From: Eledone cirrhosa
Taxonomy: Eukaryota
Assembly: GCA_964016885.1 (NCBI GenBank)
Contig: OZ024744.1
Coordinates: 131,874,001 to 131,938,000, forward strand
DNA length: 64,000 nucleotides
Reading direction: 5' to 3'
Position 1 is the stretch's first letter. Every line of letters starts with the position of its first letter. A program made the translations under genes and the position numbers. Shown here piece after piece: positions 49,621-61,500 of the stretch. Below the pieces are notes generated by a model, which saw only the letters and a list, made by a program, of their open reading frames with translations, was not told where the DNA came from and made no database searches.

Positions 49621-52600
49621 GTTAGATTGTGGTTAAGTTAAGTTGGGGTTAAGTTAAGTTGGGGTTAAGTTGGGGTTAAGTTAAGTTAGGGTTAAGTTAA
49701 GTTGGGGTTGAGTTAAGTTGGGGTTAAGTTAAGTGGTGGTTATGTTAAGTTGGTGTTAAGTTAAGTTGGGGTTAATTTAAATTGGGGTTAAGTTAACTTT
49801 GTGGTTAAGTTAAGTTGGGGTTAAGTTAAGTTGGGGTTAAGTTAAGTTGGGGTTGATTTAAGTTGGGGTTGAGTGAAGTTGGGGTTAAGTTAAGTTGGGG
49901 TTAAGCTAAGTTGGCGTTAAGTTAAGTTGGGGTTAAGTTAAGTTAGGGTTAAGTTAAGTTGGGGTTCAGTTAAGTTGCGGTTAAGTTAAGCTGGGGTAAA
50001 GTTAAGTTGGTGTTAATTAAGTTGGGGTTAAGTTAAGTTGGTGTTAAGTTAAGTTGGGACTAAGTTAAGTTGGGGTTGAGTTAAGTTGGGGTTAAGTTAA
50101 GTTGGGGTTATGTTAAGTTGGGGTTAAGTTAAGTTGGAGTTAAGTTAAGTTGGGGTTGATTTAAGTTGGGGTTGAGTTAAATTAGGGTGGAGTTAAGATG
50201 GGGTTGAGTTAAGTTGGTGTTGAGTTAAGTTAGGTTTAAGTTAAGTTGGGGTTAAGTTAAGTTGCAGTTAAGTTAAGTTGAGGTTAAGTTAAGTTGGGGT
50301 TAAGTTAAGTTGGGGTTAAGTTAAGTTTGGTTTAAGTTGGGGTTAAATTAAGTTGGGGTTAAGTTAAGTTGGGGTTTAGTTAAGTTGGGGTTAAGTTAAG
50401 TTGGGGTTAATTTAAGTTGGGGTTAAGTTAAGTTGGGGTTAAGTTAAGTGGTGGTTATGTTACGTTGGGGTTAAGTTAAGTTGGGGTTAATTTAAATTGG
50501 GGTTAAGTTAACTTTGTGGTTAAGTTAAGTTGGGGTTAAGTTAAGTTGGGGTTAAGTTAAGTTGGGGTTGAGTTAATTGGGGTTGAGTGAAGTTGGGGTT
50601 AAGTTAAGTTGGGGTTAATTTAAGTTGGGGTTAAGTTAAGTCGGGGTTAAGTTAAGTTGGGGTTGAGTTAAGTTGGGGTTAATTTAAGTTGGGGCTAATT
50701 TAATTTGTGGTTAAGTTGGGGTTAAGTTAAGTTGGGGTTAAGTTAAGTTGGGGTTGAGTTAAGTTGGGGTTGAGTTAATTTAGGGTTAAGTTAAGTTGGG
50801 GTTAAGTTAAGTTGGGTTTAAGTTAAGTTGGGGTTAAATTAAGTTGGGGTTAAGTTAAGTTGGGGGTAAGTTAAGTTGGGGGCAAGTTAAGTTGGGGTTA
50901 AGTTAAGTTGGGGTTAAATTAAGTTGGGGTTAAGTTAAGTTGGTGTTAAGTTAAGTTGGGGTTTATTTAAGTTGGGGTTAATTAAGTTGGGGTTAAGTTA
51001 AGTTGGGGTTAATTTAAGTTGGGGTTAAGTTAGATTGTGGTTAAGTTAAGTTGGGGTTAAGTTAAGTTGGGGTTAAGTTAAGTTGGGGTTAAGTTAAGGC
51101 GGGGTTAAGTTGAGTTGGTGTTAAGTTAAGTTGGGGTTAAGTTAAGTTGGGGTTGAGTTAATTTGGGGTTAACTTAAGTTGGGGGTACTTAAGTTGGGTT
51201 TAAGTTAAGTGGGGTTAAGTTAAGTTGGGGTTAAGTTAAGTTGGGGTTAAGTTAAGTTGGGGTTAAGTTAGGTTGTGGTTAAGTTAAGTTGGGGGTAAGT
51301 TAAGTTGGGGGTAAGTTAAGTTGGGGTTAATTTAAGTTGGGTCTAATTAAGATGGGGTTAAGTTAAGTTGGGGTTAAGTTAAGTTGGGGTTGAGTTAATT
51401 TGGGGTTAACTTAAGTTGGGGGTACTTAAGTTGGGTTTAAGTTAAGTGGGGTTAAGTTAAGTTGGGGGTAAGTTAAGTTGGGGGTAAGTTAAGTTGGGGT
51501 TAATTTAAGTTGGGTCAAATTAAGTTGGGGTTAAGTTAAGTTGGGCTAAGTTAAGTTAGGGTTAAATTAAGTTGGGGTTAAGTTAAGTTGGGGTTAAATT
51601 AAGTTGGGATTAAGTTAAGTTGGGGTTGAGTTAAGTTGGGGTTGAGTTAATTTAGGGTTAAGTTAAGTTGGGGTTAAGTTAAGTTGGGTTTAAGTTAAGT
51701 TGGGGTTAAATTAAGTTGGGGTTAAGTTAGGTTGGGGGTAAGTTAATTTGGGGGCAAGTTAAGTTGGGGTTAAGTTAAGTTGGGGTTAAATTAAGTTGGG
51801 GTTAAGTTAAGTTGGTGTAAAGTTAAGTTGGGGTTTATTTAAGTTGGGGTTAATTAAGTTGGGGTTAAGTTAAGTTGGGTTTAAGTTAAGTTGGGGTTAA
51901 TTTAAGTTGGGGTTGAGTTAAGTTGGGGTTAAGCTAAGTTGGGTTTATATTAAGTTGGGGTTAAGTTAAGTTGGGGTTAAGTTAAGTTGGGGTTCAGTTA
52001 AGTTGCGGTTAAGTTAAGTTGGGGTAAAGTTAAGTTGGTGTTAGTTAAGTTGGGGTTAAGTTAAGTTGGTGTTAAGTTAAGTTGGGGCTAAGTTAAGTTG
52101 GGGCTGAGTTAAGTTGGGGCTGAGTTAAGTTGGGGTTAAGTTAAGTTGGGGTTGAGTTAAGTTGGGGTTAAGTTAAGTTGGGGTTTAGTTAAGTTGGGGT
52201 TCAGTTAAGTTGGGGTTAAGTTAAGTTTGGGTTAATTTGGAGTTAAATTAATTTGGGGTTAAGTTAAGTTGGGGTTTAGTTTAGTTGGGGTTAAATTAAG
52301 TTGGGGTTAATTTAAGTTGGGGTTAAGTTAAGTTGCGGGTAATTTAAGTTGGGGTTAAGTTAAGTTGGGGTTAAGTTAAGTTGGGGTTAAGTTAAGTTGG
52401 GGGTAAGTTAAGTTGGGGGTAAGTTAAGTTGGGGGTAAGTTAAGTTGGGGTTAAGTTAAGTTAGGGTTAAGTTAAATTGGGGTTGAGTTAAGTTGGGGTT
52501 AAGTTAAGTTGGGGTTATGTTAAGTTGGGGTTAAGTTAAGTTGCGGTTAAGTTAAGTTGGGGTTATGTTAAGTTGGGGTTAAGTTAAATTGGGGTTAAGT

Positions 52601-55123
52601 TAAGTTGGGGTTAAGTTAAGTTGGGGTTAAGTTAAGTTGGGGTTAATTTAGATTGTGGTTAAGTTAAGTTGGGGTTAAGTTAAGTTGGGGTTAAGTTAAG
52701 TTGGGGTTAAGTTAAGGCGGGGTTAAGTTGAGTTGGTGTTAAGTTAAGTTGGGGTTAAGTTAAGTTGGGGTTGAGTTAATTTGGGGTTAACTTAAGTTGG
52801 GGGTACTTAAGTTGGGTTTAAGTTAAGTGGGGTTAAGTTAAGTTGGGGTTAAGTTAAGTTGGGGTTAAGTTAAGTTGGGGTTAAGTTAGGTTGTGGTTAA
52901 GTTAAGTTGGGGGTAAGTTAAGTTGGGGATAAGTTAAGTTGGTGTTAAGTTAAGTTGGGGTTTATTTAAGTTGGGGTTAATTAAGTTGGGGTTGAGTTAA
53001 GTCGGGGTTAAGTTAAGTTGGGGTTAAGTTAAGTTGGGGATAAGTTAAGTTGGGGTTAAGTTAAGTTGGGGTTGAGTTAAGTTGGGGTTAAGTTAAGTTG
53101 GGGTTAAGTTAAGTTGGGGTTCAGTTAAGTTGGGGTTAAGTTAAGTTGGGGTTAAGATGGGGTTAAATTAAGTTGGGGTTTAGTTAAGTTGGGGTTAAGT
53201 TAAGTTGGGGTTAAGTTAAGTTGGGGTTGAGTTAATTTGGGGTTAACTTAAGTTGGGGGTACTTAAGTTGGGTTTAAGTTAAGTGGGGTTAAGTTAAGTT
53301 GGGGGTAAGTTAAGTTGGGGGTAAGTTAAGTTGGGGTTAATTTAAGTTGGGTCAAATTAAGTTGGCGCTAAGTTAATTTGTGGTTAAGTTAAGTTGGGGT
53401 TAAGTTAAGTTGGGATTAAGTTAAGTTGGGGTTGAGTTAAGTTGGGGTTGAGTTAATTTAGGGTTAAGTTAAGTTGGGGTTAAGTTAAGTTGGATTTAAG
53501 TTAAGTTGGGGTTAAATTAAGTTGGGGTTAAATTAAGTTGGGGTTAAGTTAGGTTGGGGGTAAGTTAAGTTGGGGGCAAGTTAAGTTGGGGTTAAGTTAA
53601 GTTGGGGTTAAATTAAGTTGGGGTTAAGTTAAGTTGGTGTTAAGTTAAGTTGGGGTTTATTTAAGTTGGGGTTAATTAAGTTGGGGTTGAGTTAAGTCGG
53701 GGTTAAGTTAAGTTGGGGTTAAGTTAAGTTGGGGTTAAGTTAAGTTGGGGTTAAGTTAAGTTGGGGTTCAGTTAAGTTGGGGTTAAGTTAAGTTGGGGTT
53801 AAGATGGGGTTAAATTAAGTTGGGGTTTAGTTAAGTTGGGGTTAAGTTAAGTTAGGGTTAAGTTAAGTTGGGGTTAAGTTAAGTCGGAGTTAAGTTAAGT
53901 CGGGGTTAAGTTAAGTTAGGGTTAAGTTAAGTTGGAGTTAAGTTAAGTTGGGGTTGATTTAAGTTGGGGTTGAGTTAAATTAGGGTGGAGTTAAGTTGGG
54001 GTTGAGTTAAGTTGGTGTTGAGTTAAGTTAGGGTTAAGTTAAGTTGGGGTTAAGTTAAGTTGCATTTAAGTTAAGTTGAGGTTAAGTTAAGTTGGGGTTA
54101 AGTTAAGTTGGGGTTAAGTTAAGTTTGGGTTAAGTTGGGGTTAAATTAAGTTGGGGTTAAGTTAAGTTGGGGTTTAGTTAAGTTGGGGTTAAGTTAAGTT
54201 GGGGTTAATTTAAGTTGGGGTTAAGTTAAGTTGGGGTTAAGTTAAGTGGTGGTTATGTTAAGTTGGGGTTAAGTTAAGTTGGGGTTAATTTAAATTGGGG
54301 TTAAGTTAACTTTGTGGTTAAGTTAAGTTGGGGTTAAGTTAAGTTGGGGTTAAGTTAAGTTGGGGTTGAGTTAATTGGTGTTGAGTGAAGTTGGGGTTAA
54401 GTTAAGTTGGGGTTAATTTAAGTTGGGGTTGAGTTAATATTGGGTTAACTTAAGTTGGGGGTACTTAAGTTGGGTTTAAGTTAAGTGGGGTTAAGTTAAG
54501 TTGGGGTTAAGTTAAGTTGGGGTTAAGTTAAGTTGGGATTAAGTTAGGTTGTGGTTAAGTTAAGTTGGGGGTAAGTTAAGTTGGGGGTAGGTTAAGTTGG
54601 GGTTAATTTAAGTTGGGTCTAATTAAGTTGGGGTTAAGTTAAGTTGGGGTTAAGTTAAGTTGGGGTTGAGTTAATTTGGGGTTAACTTAAGTTGGGGGTA
54701 CTTAAGTTGGGGTTAAGTTAAGTTGGGGTTAAGTTAAGTGGTGGTTAAGTTAAGTTGGGGTTAATTTAAATTGGGGTTAAGTTAACTTTGTGGTTAAGTT
54801 AAGTTGGGGTTAAGTTAAGTTGGGGTTAAGTTAAGTTGGGGTTCAGTTAAGTTGGGGTTAAGTTAGGTTGGTTAGTTAAGTTGAGTTTTAGTTAATTTGG
54901 GGTTAATTTAAGTTGGGTTTAAGTTAAGTTGGGGTTAAGTTAAGTTGGGGTTAAGTTAAGTTGGGGTTAAGTTAATTTGGGGTTCAGTTAAGTTGGGGTT
55001 AAGTCAAGTTGGGGTTAAGTTGGGGTTAAATTAATTTGGGTTTAAGTTAAGTTGGGGTTAAGTTAAGTTGGGGTTAAGTTAAGTTAGGGTTAAGTTAATT
55101 TGTGGTTAGGTTAAGTTGGGGTT

Positions 55124-55548
55124 AACCCCAACTTCACTCAACCCCACCTTAACTCAACCCCAACTTAACTTAACCCCAACTTCACTCAACCCCAACTTAA
55201 CTTAACCCCAACTTCACTCAACCCCAACTTAACTCAAACCCAACTTAACTTAACCCCAACTTAACTTAACCTTAACTTAACTTAACCCCGACTTAACTTA
55301 ACTTCGACTTAACTTAACCCCAACTTAACTTAACCCCAACTTAATTTAACCCCAACTTAACTTAACCACAAATTAACTTAACCCCAACTTAAATTAACCC
55401 CAACTTAAATTAACCCCAACTTAACTTAACCCCAACTTAACTTAACCCCAACTTAACTCACACCCAACTTAACTTACCCCCAACTTAACTTAACCCCAAC
55501 TTGACTTAACCCCAACTTAACTTAACCCCAACTTAACTTAACCCCAAA
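55124..55548 (-). repeat. Inverted segment of the same satellite (CCCCAACTTAACTTAA on +), about 425 bp
   Basis: Sequence switches from ggggttaa to ccccaactt at 55122-55134, reads aacttaacttaacccc up to 55545, and returns to ggggttaag at 55552. Confidence 0.98.
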
Positions 55549-58500
55549 TTCGGGGTTAAGTTAAGTTGGGGTTAAGTTAAGTTAGTCTTAACTTAAGTTG
55601 GGGTTAAGTTAAGTTGGGGTTAAGTTGGGGTTAAGTTAAGTTAGGGTTAAGTTAAGTTGGGGTTGAGTTAAGTTGGGGTTAAGTTAAGTTGGGGTTAAGT
55701 TAAGTTGGGGTCAAGTTAAGTTGGGGTTAAAATTAAGTTGGGGTTAAGTCAAGTTGGGGTTAAGTTAAGTTGGGGTTAATTTAGTTGGGGTTAAGTTAAG
55801 TTGGGGCTAAGTTAAGTTGGGGCTAAGTTAAGTTATGGCTAAGTTAAGTTGGGGTTAAGTTAAGTTGGGGTTAAGTTAAGTTAGGGTTAATTTAAATTGG
55901 GGTTAAGATAACTTTGTGGTTAAGTTAAGTTGGGGTTAAGTTAAGTTGGGGTTAAGTTAAGTTGGGGTTGAGTTAAGTTGGGGTTGAGTGAAGTTGGGGT
56001 TAAGTTAAGTTGGGGTTAAGTTAAGTTGGCGTTAAGTTAAGTTGGGGTTGAGTTAAGTTGGGGTTGAGTTAATTTAGGGTTAAGTTAAGTTGGGGTTAAG
56101 TTAAGTTGGGTTTAAATTAAGTTGGGGTTAAATTAAGTTGGGGTAAATTTAAGTTGGGGGTAAGTTAAGTTGGGGTTAAGTTAAGTTGGGGTTAAGTTAA
56201 GTTGGGGTTAAGTTAAGTTGGGGTTAAGTTAAGTTGGGGTCAAGTTAAGTTGGGGTTAAGTTAAGTTTAGGTTAAGTTGGGGTTAAATTAATTTGGGGTT
56301 AAGTTAAGTTGGGGTTTAGTTAAGTTGGGGTTAAGTTAAGTTGGGGTTAATTTAAGTTGGGGTTAAGTTAAGTTCCGGGTAATTTAAGTTGGGGTTAAGT
56401 TAAGTTGGGGTTAAGTTAAGTTGGGGTTAAGTTAAGTTGGGGGTAAGTTAAGTTGGGGGTAAGTTAAGTTGGGGGTAAGTTAAGTTGGGGTTCAGTTAAG
56501 TTGGGGTTAAGTTAAGTTAGGGTTAAGTTAAGTTGGGGTTGAGTTAAGTTGGGGTTAAGTTAAGTTGGGGTTATGTTAAGTTGGGGTTAAGTTAAGTTGC
56601 GGTTAAGTTAAGTTGGGGTTAAGTTAAGTTGGGGTTAAGTTAAATTGGGGTTAAGTTAAGTTGTGGTTAAGTTAAGTTGGGGTTAAGTTAAGTTGGGGTT
56701 AATTTAAGTTGGGGTTAAGTTAAGGCGGGGTTAAGTTGAGTTGGTGTTAAGTTAAGTTGGGGTTAAGTTAAGTTGGGGTTGAGTTAATTTTGGGTTAACT
56801 TAAGTTGGGGGTACTTAAGTTGGGTTTAAGTTAAGTGGGGTTAAGTTAAGTTGGGGTTAAGTTAAGTTGGGGTTTAGTTAAGTTGGGGTTAAGTTAGGTT
56901 GTGGTTAAGTTAAGTTGGGGGTAAGTTAAGTTGGGGGTAAGTTAAGTTGGGGTTAATTTAAGTTGGGTCTAATTAAGTTGGGGTTAAGTTAAGTTGGGGT
57001 TAAGTAAAGTTGGGGTTGAGTTAAGTTGGGGTTAATTTAAGTTGGGGCTAAGTTAATTTGTGGTTAAGTTAAGTTGGGGTTAAGTTAAGTTGGGGTTAAG
57101 TTAAGTTGGGGCTGAGTTAAGTTGGGGTTGAGTTAATTTAGGGTTAAGTTAAGTTGGGGTTAAGTTAAGTTGGGTTTAAGTTAAGTTGGGGTTAAATTAA
57201 GTTGGGGTTAAGTTAAGTTGGGGGTAAGTTAAGTTGGGGGCAAGTTAAGTTGGGGTTAAGTTAAGTTGGGGTTAAATTAAGTTGGGGTTAAGTTAAGTTG
57301 GTGTTAAGTTAAGTTGGGGTTTATTTAAGTTGGGGTTAATTAAGTTGGGGTTAAGTTTAGTTGGGGTTAAGTTAAGTTGGGGTTAATTTAAGTTGGGGTT
57401 GAGTTAAGTTGGGGTTAAGTTAAGTTGGGTTTATATTAAGTTGGGGTTAAGTTAAGTTGGGGTTAAGTTAAGTTGGGGTTCAGTTAAGTTGCGGTTAATT
57501 TAAGTTGGGGTTAAGTTAAGTTGGGGTTAAGTTAAGTTGGGGTTAAGTTAAGTTGGGGTTAAGTTAAGTTGGTGTTAAGTTAAGTTGGGGCTAAGTTAAG
57601 TTGGGGCTGAGTTAAGTTGGGGCTGAGTTAAGTTGGGGTTAAGTTAAGTTGGGGTTGAGTTAAGTTGGGGTTAAGTTAAGTTGGGGTTAAGTTAAGTTGG
57701 GGTTAAGTTAAGTTGGGGTTAAGTTAAGTTGGGGTTTAGTTAAGTTGGGGTTCAGTTAAGTTGGGGTTAAGTTAAGTTTAGGTTAAGTTGGGGTTAAATT
57801 AATTTGGGTTTAAGTTAAGTTGGGGTTTAGTTAAGTTGGGCTTAAGTTAAGTTGGGGTTAATTTAAGTTGGGGTTAATTTAAGTTGCGGGTAATTTAAGT
57901 TGGGGTTAAGTTAAGTTGGGGTTAAGTTAAGTTGGGGTTAAGTTAAGTTAGGGTTAAGTTAAGTTGGGGGTAAGTTAAGTTGGGGTTGAGTTAATTTTGG
58001 GTTAACTTAAGTTGGGGGTACTTAAGTTGGGTTTAAGTTAAGTGGGGTTAAGTTAAGTTGGGGTTAAGTTAAGTTGGGGTTTAGTTAAGTTGGGGTTAAG
58101 TTAGGTTGTGGTTAAGTTAAGTTGGGGGTAAGTTAAGTTGGGGGTAAGTTAAGTTGGGGTTAATTTAAGTTGGGTCTAATTAAGTTGGGGTTAAGTTAAG
58201 TTGGGGTTAAGTTAAGTTGGGGTTAAGTTAAGTTGGGGTTGAGTTAAGTTGGGGTTGAGTGAAGTTGGGGTTAAGTTAAGTTGGGTTTAAGTTAAGTTGG
58301 CGTTAAATTAAGTTGGGTTGAGTGATGTTGGGGTTGAGTTAATTTAGGGTTAAGTTAATTTTGGGTTAAGGTAAGTTGGGTTTAAGTTAAGTTGGTGTTA
58401 AGTTAAGTTGGGACTAAGTTAAGTTGGGGTTGAGTTAAGTTGGGGTTAATTTAAATTGGGGTTAAGTTAACTTTGTGGTTAAGTTAAGTTGGGGTTAAGT

Positions 58501-61500
58501 TAAGTTGGGGTTAAGTTAAGTTGGGGTTGAGTTAAGTTGGGGTTGAGTGAAGTTGGGGTTAAGTTAAGTTGGGGTTAAGTTAAGTTGGCGTTAAGTTAAG
58601 TTGGGGTTGAGTTAAGTTGGGGTTGAGTTAATTTAGGGTTAAGTTAAGTTGGGATTAAGTTAAGTTGGGTTTAAGGTAAGTTGGGGTTAAGTTAAGTTGG
58701 GGGTAAGTTAAGTTGGGGTTAATTAAGTTGGGGTTAAGTTAAGTTGGGGTTAAGTTAAGTTGGGGTCAAGTTAAGTTGGGGTTAAAATTAAGTTGGGGTT
58801 AAGTCAAGTTGGGGTTAAGTTAAGTTGTGGTTAATTTAGTTGGGGTTAAGTTAAATTGGGGCTAAGTTAAGTTGGGGCTAAGTTAAGTTGGGGCTAACTT
58901 AAGTTGGGGTTGAGTTAAGTTGGGGTTGAGTTAATTTAGGGTTAAGTTAAGTTGGGGTTAAGTTAAGTTGGGTTTAAGGTAAGTTGGGGTTAAGTTAAGT
59001 TGGGGTTAAGTTAAGTTGGGGTTAAATTAAGTTGGTGTTAAGTTAAGTTGGGGCTAAGTTAAGTTGGGGCTGAGTTAAGTTGGGGCTGAGTTAAGTTGGG
59101 GTTAAGTTAAGTTGGGGTTGAGTTAAGTTGGGGTTAAGTTAAGTTGGGGTTAAGTTAAGTTGGGGTTAAGTTAAGTTGGGGTTAAGTTAAGTTGGGGTTG
59201 AGTTAAGTTGGGGCTAAGTTAAGTTGGGGTTAAGTTAAGTTGGGGTTCAGTTAATTTGGGGTTAAGTTAAGTTGGGGTTAAGATGGGGTTAAATTATGTT
59301 GGGGTTAAGTTAAGTTGGGGTTAAGTTAAGTTGGGGTTCAGTTAAGTTGGGGTTAAGTTAAGTTGGGGTTAAGATGGGGTTAAATTAAGTTGGGGTTAAG
59401 TTAAGTTGGGGTTAAGTTAAGTCGGGGTTAAGTTAAGTCGGGGTTAAGTTAAGTTAGGGTTAATTTAAGTTGGAGTTGAGTTATGTTGGGGTTAAGTTAA
59501 GTTGGGGTTAAGTTAAGTTGCAGTTAATTTAAGTTGAGGTTAAGTTAAGTTGGGGTTAAGTTAAGTTGGGGTTAAGTTAAGTTGGGGCTAAGTTAAGTTG
59601 GGGCTAAGTTAAGTTGGGGTTCAGTTAAGTTGGGGTTAAGTTAAGTTTGGGTTAAGTTGGGGTTAAATTAAGTTGGAGTTAAGTTAAGTTGGGGTTTAGT
59701 TAAGTTGGGGTTAAGTTAAGTTGGGGTTAATTTAAGTTGGGGTTAAGTTAAGTTGGGGTTAAGTTAAGTGGTGGTTATGTTAAGCTGGGGTTAAGTTAAG
59801 TTGGGGTTAATTTAAATTGGGGTTAAGTTAACTTTGTGGTTAAGTTAAGTGGGGGTTAAGTTAAGTTGGGGTTAAGTTAAGTTGGGGTTGAGTTAAGTCG
59901 GGGTTAAGTTAAGTTGGCGTTGAGTTAAGTTGGGGTTAATTTAAGTTGGGGCTAAGTTAATTTGTGGTTAAGTTAAGTTGGGGTTAAGTTGGGGTTGAGT
60001 TAAGTTGGGGTTGAGTTAATTTAGGGTTAAGTTAAGTTGGGGTTAAGTTAAGTTGGGTTTAAGTTAAGTTGGGGTTAAATTAAGTTGGGGTTAAATTAAG
60101 TTGGGGTTAAGTTAGGTTGGGGGTAAGTTAAGTTGGGGGCAAGTTAAGTTGGGGTTAAGTTAAGTTGGGGTCAAATTAAGTTGGGGTTAAGTTAAGTTGG
60201 TGTTAAGTTAAGTTGGGGTTTATTTAAGTTGGGGTTAATTAAGTTGGGGTTAAGTTAAGTTGGGGTTAAGTTAAGTTGGGGTTAATTTAAGTTGGGGTTG
60301 AGTTAAGTTGGGGTTAAGTTAAGTTGGGTTTATATTAAGTTGGGGTTAAGTTAAGTTGGGGTTAAGTTAAGTTGGGGTTCAGTTAAGTTGCGGTTAAGTT
60401 AAGTTGGGGTTAAGTTAAGTTGGGGTTAAGTTAAGTTGGGGTTAAGTTAAGTTGGGGTTAAGTTAAGTTGGTGTTAAGTTAAGTTGGGGCTAAGTTAAGT
60501 TGGGGCTGAGTTAAGTTGGGGCTGAGTTAAGTTGGGGTTAAGTTAAGTTGGGGTTGAGTTAAGTTGGGGTTAAGTTAAGTTGGGGTTAAGTTAAGTTGGG
60601 GTTTAGTTAAGTTGGCGTTCAGTTAAGTTGGGGTTAAGTTAAGTTTGGGTTAAGTTGGGGTTAAATTAATTTGGGGTTAAGTTAAGTTGGGGTTTAGTTT
60701 AGTTGGGGTTAAGTTAAGTTAGGGTTAATTTAAGTTGGGGTTAAGTTAAGTTGCGGGTAATTTAAGTTGGGGTTAAGTTAAGTTGGGGTTAAGTTAAGTT
60801 GGGGTTAAGTTAAGTTGGGGTTAAGTTAAGTTGGGGTTAAGTTAAGCTGGGGGTAAGTTAAGTTGGGGGTAAGTTAAGTTGGGGGTAAGTTAAGTTGGGG
60901 TTAAGTTAAGATAGGGTTAAGTTAAGTTGGGGTTGAGTTAAGTTGGGGTTAAGTTAAGTTGGGGTTACGTTAAGTTGGGGTTAAGTTAAGTTGCGGTTAA
61001 GTTAAGTTGGGGTTAAGTTAAGTTGGGGTTAAGTTAAATGGGGGTTCAGTTAAGTTGGGGTTAAGTTAAGTTGGGGTTAAGTTAAGTTGGGGTTAAGTTA
61101 AGTTGGAGTTAAGTTAAGTTGGGGTTAAGTTGGGGTTAAGTTAAGTTAGGGTTAAGTTAAGTTGGGGTTGAGTTAAGTTGGGGTTAAGTTAAGTGGTGGT
61201 TATGTTAAGTTGGGGTTAAGTTAAGTTGGGGTTAATTTAAAATGGGGTTAAGTTAACTTTGTGGTTAAGTTAAGTTGGGGTTAATTTAAGTTGGGGTTGA
61301 GTTAAGTTGGGGTTGAGTGAAGTTGGGGTTAAGTTAAGTTGGGGTTAAGTTAAGTTGGGGTTAAGTTAAGTTGGGGTTAAGTTGGGTTTAAGTTAAGTTG
61401 GGGTTAAATTAAGTTGGGGTTAAATTAAGTTGGGGTTAAGTTAAGTTGGGGGTAAGTTAAGTTGGGGTTAAGTTAAGTTGGGGTTAAGTTAAGTTGGGGT

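Larger units (their letters stand above)
1..55123 (+). repeat. Tandem satellite array, 16-bp monomer TTAAGTTAAGTTGGGG, G-rich strand on +; runs off the left edge
   Basis: Continuous head-to-tail copies, e.g. perfect monomers at about 366-429. Variants are mostly single substitutions plus occasional 11-, 15- and 17-bp monomers. No non-repeat sequence seen. Confidence 0.99.

Noticed and set aside
55113-55200. Fold-back sequencing chimera
   Set aside because: Variants in the inverted segment do not mirror those of the adjacent flank beyond 11 bp. Read-level confirmation is still needed.
55124-55555. Telomere-telomere fusion site, or a TTAA-targeting (piggyBac/MITE-like) insertion
   Set aside because: A fusion gives one lasting strand switch, but here the orientation reverts after about 425 bp. 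The segment is pure satellite with no distinct terminal repeats or internal sequence, and TTAA is ubiquitous, so it is not evidence of a target-site duplication.
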